From: Pelagomonas calceolata
Taxonomy: Eukaryota
Assembly: GCA_918797485.1 (NCBI GenBank)
Contig: CAKKNE010000005.1
Coordinates: 2,542,001 to 2,606,000 of the forward strand
DNA: 64,000 nt
Direction: 5' to 3'
A program made the position numbers and the translations under genes. A model generated the notes under the pieces. The model was not told where the DNA came from. It worked only from the letters and a program-made list of their open reading frames with translations, and did not search any database. Below, piece by piece: positions 23,301 through 32,274 of the stretch; the first letter of the stretch is position 1; each line of letters starts with the position of its first letter.

Positions 23301-25533
23301 GCCCCATGGAGCCAGCCATAGCCTCGTCCTGCGAGTCCCCGTCGGCGGTCATCGCCATGTGTAGCCGTTCCCGCTGCTTGTTGCTGACCGTCATGCTGGC
23401 CCATAGGTCCGTCTGATTCGCGTCGGTCATGCCGCTCCAGTCGACGGCGCCCGACAGATGGCCATCAAGCTTGTCGTCAGCGTCCGTTCGCACGAGTAGC
23501 CCAAGCGAGCCAGCCATGGCCTCGTCCTGCGAGTCGCCGTCGGCGGTCATCGCCATGTGTAGCCGTTCTTGGTCCTTGTTGATGACCGTCATGCTGGCCT
23601 GGAGGTCCGTCTGATCCGCGTCCTCCGTGCCGCTCCAGTCGACGGCGCCCGAGACCGTCGCATCAAGCTCCTCCTTTGCGTCGACGCGCACGGTTAGGGA
23701 CGTTAGGCCCGAGGCTCTTTTTCCGCTCGCCGCGCCATCCGCGACGAAATCGGCGCGGAGCAGCTCTCCCCCCTTGTCGCTGATGTTCAAGTAGGATTCG
23801 AGGGCTGGGCGCCCGGGCTCGCCGACGAAACCGCGGGCCTCGACGGCGACGAAGCGGGGCCTGGCCGACTTGGCGTCCTCGAGCCGCCCCAGGACCGCGT
23901 TGCCGTCCGCCGTGTCGAAGACGGCGCGCCAGTCCACCTTCGTCCTGTTCGCCGTGGGGTCCACGACCTCGAGGTGGGCGCAGAACGCGCCCTTGGCCGA
24001 GATGCACAACTTGCAGTCGAGCGAGTCGTCCCAGATCATCGGCTGGCAGCCGGCGTCGCGCGGGCAGCTCCGCTCGAAGAGGCCGGGGGCGGCGGCGGTG
24101 CGGAGGCGCCGGCGCCCGCGCGGCGCCCCGCGCGGCAGGACGCGCGCCCGCGCCTCGGGCGTCGCGACGTCGAGCGCGTGGTCGCCGGCGAGCGCGCCGA
24201 GGAACGTCGCGGCGTCCATGCGCGTGCGGACCCGGAGCTCGCGCCGCAGGAGCTGGTGCTTGAGCGCGCGCTTCGCCCGGCCGTCGTCGTCGGTGGCGCG
24301 CAGGACGAGCGGCCCGCACGCGGCGGCGCGCGGGCTCGCGCACGCGGTTCCCAGCGCGCCGCGGCGCAGGTCGACCTCGAAGGCGGCGAGCTCGACGCGC
24401 GCCGCCGCCGCCGCGGCGTCCGTCTCGTTGAGCGCCGGCAGCAGCGCGTCGACCGCGACCGCCGGCACCGCGAGGACGACGCGGTCGACCGCTGGAGGCA
24501 GCGCCACGGCGAACGCGGGCGGCGCGTACGCGAGCGCCGCGCTGTCCTCGCGCCACTCGGGCTCGACGCGCGCGAGCTCCCGCACGACCTCGCGCAGCGT
24601 CCGCGCGACGCGCCGGATCGGGTCGGTCGCGTCGATGGTCTCGGGGGCGGCGACGACGCCGGCGTCGGCGTCGGCACCGGGGGCGGCGGCGGCACCGGGG
24701 GCGGCGGCGGCACCGGGGGCGGCGGCGGCGCTGTCGGCGCCGGCGCTGTCGGCAGCGCCCTTGGCGCCGGCGCCGGCGCCGCGCCAGGACGCGCGGACGC
24801 CGCGGAGCAGCACCTCGACGGGCAGCGCATGCCAGAGCCGCGTTCGCGTCCGCACGTCGCAGACCAGGCGCGCGCCGGCGAGGTCCTCGGGGCGGTGCAG
24901 GCGCCGCAGCTGGTCGAAGTCGATGCGGTGGAGGCGCAGGTCGACGCGCCGGCGCGTGCGCTCGCGCGCGGACACCAGCGGCCACGCGCGGCCCGGCTGG
25001 GCCGAGAGGCGCCCGGCGCGCGCGAAGTCCTCGCCGGCGAAGCGCAGATCGACGGCGCAGTCGGCGGCGGTCACGACGACCTCGTGGAGCGTGGACCGGA
25101 GGAACTGCGGCTTCGCGTCGACGGCGACGACGACGTCGCGCCCCTCGAGGGTCACGCGCGCGACGGCGCCGGCCGCGCCGAGGCCGCGCGCCGCGAGCGC
25201 CGCGAGCCAGATCACGGGCACGAGCGACGCCAGCGCCGCGACGACGACCGCCGCCGTCGCGATGGTCAGGGGGCGCCGGCGCGCCGCCCTCAGCGCCCGG
25301 CGCGCGCGCGACCGCGGCGGCGGCGGCCGCGCGGCGACGAGGCCGGCCTCCTCGATCAGGTCGCCGGACCGGCCCGACTTCCGCGCGACCTCGAGGGGCT
25401 GCGCCGCCTCGCCGGGGTCGACGGCGCCCGCCGCGGCCGACTTGCGCGCGACCTCGAGGGGCTGCCCCTCCTCGGCCGCCGCCCCGCCGGGCGCGACGGC
25501 AGCCCGCTGCCGCCAGGGCGCGAGCACTCTCAT
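2327..25533 (-). CDS. Giant polycystin-1-like surface protein (~7,730 aa): N-terminal TM, ~70 beta-strand repeats, Pro/Thr stalks, REJ, GAIN/GPS, C-terminal TM; two +1 frameshifts
   Basis: ORFs 17428..25533, 14184..17543 and 2327..14218 join after removing single extra bases at ~17632 (cgcagcAgcgagccc vs repeat consensus cgcagcgcgagccc) and ~14234 (tgcgAagtcg vs tgcgagtcg). GPS motif CSFWD...WSSDGC...CACTHLTDF at ~3815-3930. REJ-like motifs ([49 protein letters not shown]) at ~4950-6720. TM segments at ~25190-25270 and ~2715-2785. Confidence 0.85.
2340..2510 (-). repeat. ~48-nt coding repeat in the cytoplasmic tail ([20 protein letters not shown], 3-4 copies)
   Basis: The translated tail reads [17 protein letters not shown] / [17 protein letters not shown] / [14 protein letters not shown] / [11 protein letters not shown]. 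Confidence 0.75.
3410..3775 (-). repeat. Pro/Thr/Ser (PT/PS) mucin-like stalk C-terminal to the GPS
   Basis: 12-nt periodic PTxxPTxx coding repeats. Confidence 0.8.
8232..10040 (-). repeat. ~600-aa Pro/Thr/Ser mucin-like stalk (PTxxPSxx tetrapeptide repeats)
   Basis: 12-nt periodicity with longer internal duplications, e.g. ~8600-8815 vs ~9050-9265. Confidence 0.85.
10790..23690 (-). repeat. Coding tandem array of ~70 units of 59-66 aa, organised as 375-nt and 384-nt higher-order repeats
   Basis: Unit consensus [56 protein letters not shown]. The 375-nt period is visible in antisense ORF starts 18734, 19109 ... 23231 and 12452 ... 15066. The 384-nt period is visible at 15301 vs 15685. Confidence 0.95.
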
Positions 25534-25618
25534 GATGGTCTAGAGCTCATGGCAGCGATCGGCTGGGGCTACTGCCCTCTAGCGCCGAACTTATACCACA
25601 TCTCCTGCTGGCTTGGAA

Positions 25619-25640
25619 CTAGTATGTACAGATATGCTAG
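25619..25640 (-). promoter_or_regulatory. CTAG-bounded intergenic motif (degenerate copy)
   Basis: Reverse complement CTAGCATATCTGTACATACTAG, between the divergent giant gene and the phytotransferrin-like gene. Confidence 0.45.
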
Positions 25641-26284
25641 CGTCTTTTCGAAGCGCGCACCCACGGTTCTCAGGAGCCGCCCGGCCCCGCGGGCGCGTCC
25701 GGCGAGATGTCCGCCGGCTTTACGCTCGCAACAACCCGAGACCTCGGCCCCGCGCCCCTGGCGCGCGCGCGGCGCGCAAGTACTACCGCATGTGCTCCCG
25801 GGGATCCTGTCCCTCTCGGGGCCGCGCGAGTCCATACCGGGCCCCGGGCTCCCCGAGACGAACGCGAAGCTGGTCGCGCGGCGTGACGGACGCCTCGCGT
25901 ACTACGCGCAGCGCAGGGGGGGGGTGCCTCGGAACTCGTCCGGGGGGCCTCCGCCGGGCCGCGCAGCGCGGCCCGGAGACTCCTCTCGGGCGGAGGAGAC
26001 GCCGCCGCCCGACGCCGCGCGCCGCTTCCGGGACGCGAGCGCGGCCGGAGCCGTCCCGGCGCGGGGACCACAACATGCGGGGGTCGCGCTGATGCGTGCG
26101 AAACCGGGCCGGCCTCTGCTAGCCGCACGTGCGCTCCTGCCGCCGGGCCTTGTTTTTGGCAGCGCCAATCCTTGCCAGCTGCTCCAAAGGGCGGCCTCGC
26201 ACCTGTTTGCCCGTCGCCTCCACGCCCGCGGTGTGGGCGCTGAGCTGCCCTTGCTCTCACGCGGTCTCGGCTAGCCGGCTGCCC

Positions 26285-28822
26285 ATGCGGTTCCTCGTTC
26301 TCGTGGCGGCCTGCGCGGGCGCGCGGCGGCTCGACATCGTCGGGGATGGCACCCGCCAGTATGCGAGCCAGGGCGCCTGCTATGACCCGACCACGCAAAT
26401 CACCGTTTGCTTCCGTCCCTGGGCATACGATTGGTCTTCCAATTTGACTCAAGCCGAACGACTGTCTCAATCAGAGTGCGAGGCAGTTGGCAATACGTGG
26501 TACGCAAAAGGCCACATCGGCTCCGACGGCTGCTGCCTGTGTGACTCGAACTGCGACCACTCGCTGGAGACGGCGGCTGCTGGAACCTGCAACTACCCCG
26601 ACAGGAACGCGGGGAGCTGCCAAAACGCCGCAACGGGTCAAGTGACGTGTGACGTGACGGCGGGCCAATGCGCTTCCCCGAACGTCTGGTCCGAAGCCGG
26701 CGCGCTCGACTCGGACGGCTGCTGCTTCTGCGACGAGACGTGCGACCATTCGGCCAAAACGGGGACGGACTGTTACTTGAAAGACTACGCCGATGAATCG
26801 CAGAGCGACGGCTCGTGCTACGATTTTACGACGCACCAGGTCACGTGCGACGTCGGGCACGCGGCTTGCGACGCCATGGGCGCCTACTGGTATTCACCGG
26901 GCTACATTAGCGGTTCCAGTGGCTGTTGCCACTGCGACGCGTCGTGCGACCACACGCTTGAGACGGGCTCGGACTGTAGCAGTAATTACTACGGTGCCGA
27001 CGGCACGCAAGGCTCAGGAGGGGGTCACGGTGCCGAGTATGGCCCAGCTGACGGGGGCGCCTGCTATAACGCCGACGGCACGCATGGCATCACGTGTAAC
27101 GTCGCTGAGGCGGACTGCACGGGGGATTACTTGGCTCCGGGATACACATACGGTGGCTGCTGCCTGTGCGAGGCCGGCTGCGACCATTCCGCGGAAACAA
27201 GTACGGACTGCTCATACTACGACGATGAGGGCGATGCTGACGACCCCAATCCCTGGGGTTGGCAGACGCTCGCCGGCTACCAGACGGCCACGGACGTCGG
27301 GCCGCACGCGAAGATCGACCTCGATATGGAGGAGCTTGAAATCAGGGTGGGCGAGTACGACATCAACCCAAACTGGATCACCGAGGCCATGTTCATCTAC
27401 GAGAACGGCGGCGGCGGCTTGTGTTCGCAGGCCGACGTCGACGCGGCGATGACCTCGGACACGACGCCCTGGTGCACGGACACGACTCAGGCCCTCGGCA
27501 ACTCCCAGAAGTTCACCTCGATCCGCACGCTCAAGGGCTTCGCGACGAAGAACTACGCTTCGGACAAACTCACCGGCGCGGATGGTGGGAATTACGGCGA
27601 GCGGATGCCCCCGATCTACGCCGGCTACTGGAACGACTGGGCGTGGGCAGACACGTTCATCACGAAGGACTACTCCGCGACAGTCAAACCCTCTGGGTGG
27701 AACCAGCTCATCAAGAAGGGCGCCAACTACCAGGCGGTCTGGATGTACGTGCTCCACGAGCTCGAGGACGCCATCGGCGACTGCTATGATGGCGACATCT
27801 ACGCCAACGACGGGACCCCGACCGGCGGCGCGCCGCACGCGTGGGACGAGGGCTGGGCGTTTTACGCCGGGTCGCTGGTCGCAGAGACGGCGCACGACGC
27901 CGTCACGGTCCGCGGTACGCTGATCTGGGAGCTCGCGGAGAAGCGTGGCCAGGATTTCGGCACCACACACTCTACCGGCCCCGCCTCGGTGAACGTCCAG
28001 CTCCTCGCCAAATTCATTGAGGGCCGCGACAAAATCATCGCCGCTGACTGCGCCGGCGCCGAGCCCCTCGTCGAGGACATTCGCAAGCTGATGACCGTGC
28101 CGCTCGTCCAGGGCACGCTCAAGTACGCGTACAAGGCGGACCCGGCCAACGCCGGTGGCGAATGCGTCGCCGACGCGGGAATGAATGCCATGACCGCCAG
28201 CGACGGTTGCGTCAAGTCGTGGGCCGAGGCCTGGGCCTTCGCCGCGGCCGTGCTCCCACAGATCGCCGAGTGCGACTGGGGGGTCGCCGAGAAGATCAGG
28301 TATAGCTTAGACATCGAAGCGGCGACGCCGGTGCAAGGGGGCTTCTACAGCGTCAAGGCGGCGATCGAGTCGACATACCCGTGCCTGGGCATCACGTGCG
28401 CCGACGTCGGCGCTTACGCGGGCACTATGCCCTGCGGTGACCCCGGCCCTACCGACGACGACGACGACGACGACGACGACCTCCTCGACGGCGGCCTAAG
28501 GGAGGTCATGTCCCTGGCGCCCATGGGCCTCGCGGCGATCGGCATAACGTTCACCGGCATCACGATTGCGACGCTTGTCAATCTGGCCCAGGAACAGTGC
28601 GCCCTGGGTCCCACGATCATCTTCGAGGCCGGCACGACGCACCCGTACTACATCACCCCGAACCTGTGCACGATCGGCGCCCACACGTACTCGTCCAAGA
28701 AGACTGTGCGCGACGCGTCGCCGCGCAAGGTGTGCCGCAAGTTCTGCGAAGCGGCGTCCGCTGCTGGGAAGCTGGCGCTCAAGCAGGTGCACGGCCTGAC
28801 GTGTTACTGCAAGAGGAAATGA
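26285..28822 (+). CDS. FEA1/ISIP2-family (phytotransferrin-like, low-iron-inducible) protein with four N-terminal 8-Cys repeats and the shared C-terminal module
   Basis: Signal peptide MRFLVLVAACAGA-RRL from ATG 26285. Family motifs IKKGANYQAVWMYVLHELEDAIGDC, HAWDEGWAFYAGSL, LAEKRGQDFGT, MTVPLVQGTLKYAY and AEAWAFAAAVLP at ~27260-28440. Confidence 0.8.
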   Translation: MRFLVLVAACAGARRLDIVGDGTRQYASQGACYDPTTQITVCFRPWAYDWSSNLTQAERLSQSECEAVGNTWYAKGHIGSDGCCLCDSNCDHSLETAAAGTCNYPDRNAGSCQNAATGQVTCDVTAGQCASPNVWSEAGALDSDGCCFCDETCDHSAKTGTDCYLKDYADESQSDGSCYDFTTHQVTCDVGHAACDAMGAYWYSPGYISGSSGCCHCDASCDHTLETGSDCSSNYYGADGTQGSGGGHGAEYGPADGGACYNADGTHGITCNVAEADCTGDYLAPGYTYGGCCLCEAGCDHSAETSTDCSYYDDEGDADDPNPWGWQTLAGYQTATDVGPHAKIDLDMEELEIRVGEYDINPNWITEAMFIYENGGGGLCSQADVDAAMTSDTTPWCTDTTQALGNSQKFTSIRTLKGFATKNYASDKLTGADGGNYGERMPPIYAGYWNDWAWADTFITKDYSATVKPSGWNQLIKKGANYQAVWMYVLHELEDAIGDCYDGDIYANDGTPTGGAPHAWDEGWAFYAGSLVAETAHDAVTVRGTLIWELAEKRGQDFGTTHSTGPASVNVQLLAKFIEGRDKIIAADCAGAEPLVEDIRKLMTVPLVQGTLKYAYKADPANAGGECVADAGMNAMTASDGCVKSWAEAWAFAAAVLPQIAECDWGVAEKIRYSLDIEAATPVQGGFYSVKAAIESTYPCLGITCADVGAYAGTMPCGDPGPTDDDDDDDDDLLDGGLREVMSLAPMGLAAIGITFTGITIATLVNLAQEQCALGPTIIFEAGTTHPYYITPNLCTIGAHTYSSKKTVRDASPRKVCRKFCEAASAAGKLALKQVHGLTCYCKRK
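26372..27220 (+). repeat. Four ~55-70 aa Cys-rich repeats GxCY..VTC.V..C...W..G...GCCxCDxxCDHSxETxxDC
   Basis: Copies start at ~26372, 26612, 26810 and 27056. Confidence 0.85.
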
Positions 28823-28942
28823 TCAGGGGTCGATCTCTCCTTCTTCTCTGGACCCGTCCGCGCCGAACCTGACCTTTCCCTTCTTTTGTAAATTTTAATA
28901 TCCGCCGCCTTCGGCTATTTGTTTCTTCACCGGGCGAGCTAC

Positions 28943-31161
28943 TTACCCCTCCTCGACAAGCAGGTCGCGGGAGAACGACACGGACCGCCGCGTCCGACAC
29001 GTCGACGGCGGCGGCTTCGCGGCCGCCGAGGGCGAGAGGACGCCGCGCCGCACGAGACGCGCGTCGCGCGCCGCCGTCTTGCGCCGCTGCGCGCGGTCGA
29101 CCTCGCGCCGGTAGAGCGCCTGGACGCGCTCGGCCAGCGACGCGCGACGGCCCGCGGCGGCCGCCCGCCGGGACTGCTTGCCCGCGACCATGGTCCAGAC
29201 GCGCTGGCCGGACGGCGTCAGGGGCCCGTCCGCCGCGCGGCCCGCCGCGGAAACCGCCGTCCAGGCGGGCGAGGGGAGCGGCGACGGCGCGGCCCACGGC
29301 TTCTTCGGGCTCCGCGGCGCGTGGACCCGCCACGCCTGCGAGTAGAGCGGGAGCACGGGCACGAGCTTCGACCGGGGGATCGCGCCCCGGCCGCTGCCCC
29401 TGACGACGCTCCGCGCCTCGCCGACGCCGTGCAGCTCCGCCTTGGCCCGTTCGAGCGCGACGCCGCCGCTGCGCGCCGCGAAGGCGCGCCGCGCGTCGGC
29501 CAGCAGCCGCTTCAGGACGGCGTCGCGCCGGCGGGGCGGCACCGCGTGCTTCACGGCCGCGACGACGGCGTCCGTGCCCGTCGTCCGGCGCCGCCTCCCG
29601 GAGAAGCCGCCTTCCGAAGCCGCGGCGTTCCCCATCTCGACGAGCGCGTCCGCCTGTGTGGAAATCAACCATTGCGTCGGGTGCTATTCTCGGGCTGGCT
29701 CCGTCGAGCGGCGAGGAACCGGCACTCTCACGCTATCGAGCAGGCGCCGCGTCGGTGGAGTGGAGGACGACGCGACGATTCAGCACGAACGCGCCGTAAA
29801 ACTTCGATTTCCACGCAGGCAAGCGCCTTTCGGAGCCGCGTCCGCATGTCCCCGATGCGCTGCTTGATGGTGCGGAACTTGTGGTCGCGCTCGGCGTCGT
29901 GCGCGGCCGCGCGCCGCCGCGCCGTGCGCAGGTCCTGGACGCGGCGCGCCTGCTCGGCGTCGGCCGAGAGCGCCGACCGCTCCCGGCGCTCGCGCGCGTC
30001 GAGCGCGTCGCAGACGCGCCGCTCGCGCGCGACCTCGGCCTCGACCGACCGCTGCCAGACCAGCCGCAGCGCGGCGAGGCGCGCGGCGGTGCAGACGCGG
30101 TAGTCGCGCGCCGCGCGCTGGACCACGCGGACGCGCCGGGCCAGCTCGCGCACCGCGTGCCGGAACTTGCCCGCGGCGCCGGCGCTCGCCTCGAGGACGA
30201 ACCGGAGCCGCCGCGCCGCGAGCCGCCGCCGCCGCGCGCGCTGCGTCACGGCGTAGCGCAGCGACCCGCCCACGCACCGGCCGACCGCGGCGAGCGCCGC
30301 GAGCCGCCGGACCACGACGGTTCGCCGCCGCCACGCCGCGAGCGTCGTCGCCGCGCGCGCGCGCCGGCGGCGCTCGCGCGCGGCGCGGAGGCCCTCCGCC
30401 AGGCGCGCCGCGGCCCGCGCCGCCGCGACCGTCGCGAGCATGTCGCGGCCGCGCCTCAGGGCGGCGCGCCGCGCCTCGCGCGCCTTCACCTTCTCCGCGA
30501 TGCGCGTCCGCTCGGCCTCCAGGAGGGCGTCCTTGCGTTTTTTCGCGGCCTCCTGCGCCGACTCCATGCGCCGGTGCGCGGCGCGAACGGCCGTCGCCGC
30601 CGAGCCGCGGGGCCGGCGCCGCGCCGCCGGCGACGGCGGCTCGAGCGCGAGGGGCGACGGCGCCGCGAACGCCGACGGTTCGTCCACCGGCGGCTCGAAG
30701 GCCGACTCGGCGTCCACCGGCGGCTCGAAGGCCGACTCGGCGTCCACCGGCGGCTCGAAGGCCGACGGGTCGTCGGCGGCGGCCGGCAACGGCTCGAACG
30801 CCGACGGGTCGGCCGCGGCGTCCGGCTCGTCTTCGGCGGTCGGCTTCGGCGCGGCCCAGGGCGCCCACTGCTGCGGCGCCATGAGCGGCGGGGGCGGCGG
30901 CGGCGACGCGAGCCGCGGCGCCGCGACGGGCGTCGGCGGCGGCGCCTCCGCCGCCGCGTCGGGGGCGGCCGCGTTCTCCTTCTCCGACGCCGCGCGGCGC
31001 GCGTCGCTCTTCTTCTTGATGATCTCCAGGTTCCGCTCCTGGCGCATCACGCTGGAGAAGGCCTTGCTCTTGGCCAGCCAGCCGGGCCGCTGCTCGCCGA
31101 GCCGGAAGCGGTGCGCAGCGGTGATGCCGGCCATCCGCTCGTCCGCGCGGCGCTGCGCCAT
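28943..31161 (-). CDS. Hypothetical Arg/Ala-rich helical protein, two exons (31161..29827, 29653..28943)
   Basis: ORFs 29728..31161 and 28943..29668 fuse in frame (TRLRK|ADALVE) on removing a GC-AG intron at 29654..29826. There are short SAFEPPVDAE repeats at ~30670-30810. Confidence 0.65.
29654..29826 (-). mobile_element. Introner element (non-autonomous DNA transposon acting as a 173-nt GC-AG intron)
   Basis: Terminal inverted repeats CCTGTGTGGAAATC (29653-29666) and GATTTCCACGCAGG (29806-29819), 13/14 match. Degenerate 8-nt TSD GCGCTTGC/GCGGACGC. Splicing restores the frame exactly. Confidence 0.85.
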
Positions 31162-31304
31162 CGTTTGGGCCGCGACCGGGACGGGCGGCGGCGCCTGGGG
31201 GCAGCCCGCGGACGGTGCAACAAAAACGGACGCGCCGGCGGGTTTTTTTTTTACTCGCGCACAAAAAAAAACGGCCTAGTACTACGACATACAGGCGGGT
31301 CAAG

Positions 31305-31853
31305 TTAGTTGTAGTTCTCCCGCTCGACGGGCTGGTGGATCGTGTGGTGGATGCCCGCGCGCTGGCGCTTGATCGAGTCCTCGAGCCAGGCCGGCCGTTT
31401 AGCCGCGTCGGCCCGCGCGACGGTCTCCGCGTAGACGTCGTCGCCGTCGCCGCCCGGGCCCGGGGCCGCCGCGCGCGCGGCGGGCCAGAGCGCGACGCCC
31501 TCGGCGGCGACGAAGGCCGCCTCGCGCGCGGGCGCGTCGGTGAAGAACTGGTCCACCCTGACGAAGGCCCGCGGCACCTCGCCCCGGAACGACGGCGCCA
31601 CGAGCTGTGTGGGTTGGAAGAAGCCGGCCGTCCACCAGTGGCGCATCTGGCCGGGGTAGAAGGGGCCCTGGCGCTTGCCCTGTTTGTCGCGGTAGTACCA
31701 GAGCATGGCCCGCCCGATGTCCTTCTTCGCCCACTTCTCCGGCATCTCTGGCATTTCGTCGTCGGCCTCGTCGGCCTCGTCGCGCGCGCGCTTCTTCGAG
31801 TCCTTCTCCTCTTTTGCGGGGGCGGCTGCCGCGGCGCTCGCCTCGTCGGCCAT
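31305..31853 (-). CDS. GYF-domain protein
   Basis: WYYRDKQGKRQGPFYPGQMRHWWTAGFF matches the GYF-domain pattern. Confidence 0.85.
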   Translation of the reverse strand: MADEASAAAAAPAKEEKDSKKRARDEADEADDEMPEMPEKWAKKDIGRAMLWYYRDKQGKRQGPFYPGQMRHWWTAGFFQPTQLVAPSFRGEVPRAFVRVDQFFTDAPAREAAFVAAEGVALWPAARAAAPGPGGDGDDVYAETVARADAAKRPAWLEDSIKRQRAGIHHTIHQPVERENYN

Positions 31854-32055
31854 CTGTGTGCTAATCTGCTGATCGCTTAAGCAGAACTTTGTCCTCTTAT
31901 ATGGAGAGGTGTGCTGTGTAGAGCTGGTTATGCAACTCCCTCACTGTCGGCCTCTTCGCTACGCTGCGCGCGGGTGTCAAGGGCGATTTCTCGGCAGTCT
32001 GTGGCTACGAGCTTTCGTCTGCTGCCTTTTTTTTACCTCTGCGCGCTCGACAAGG

Positions 32056-32076
32056 CTAGCGGTTGTAAGGCACTAG
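32056..32076 (+). promoter_or_regulatory. CTAG-bounded intergenic motif
   Basis: CTAGCGGTTGTAAGGCACTAG, between divergent genes starting at 31853(-) and 32275(+). Confidence 0.65.
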
Positions 32077-32274
32077 AAATCCCAGCCTAAAAAGTGGCCG
32101 CCAAAAACGCGCCAAAAAAGAGTGTCCACACCCTCGGCTCTCGCGTCTGAAGTGGCCAAAACTTTCCTCACAGCCTCGCCTGCGACGAGACCGCAGCGAG
32201 CGCAAGCCTGGAAATCACACCCTCGCGGGAGAGCCACTCTTCGCCGCCTCTCCGCCCGCGCCCTTAGCTTCGCC

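Noticed and set aside
10749..23614. Many identical 120-aa and longer plus-strand ORFs ([13 protein letters not shown]...)
   Set aside because: They are antisense shadows of the minus-strand coding repeat, Ser/Arg-rich and periodic with the array.
10790..23690. Array as CRISPR or centromeric satellite
   Set aside because: There are no unique spacers or cas genes. Unit lengths are multiples of 3 and the array is in frame with unique coding sequence on both sides.
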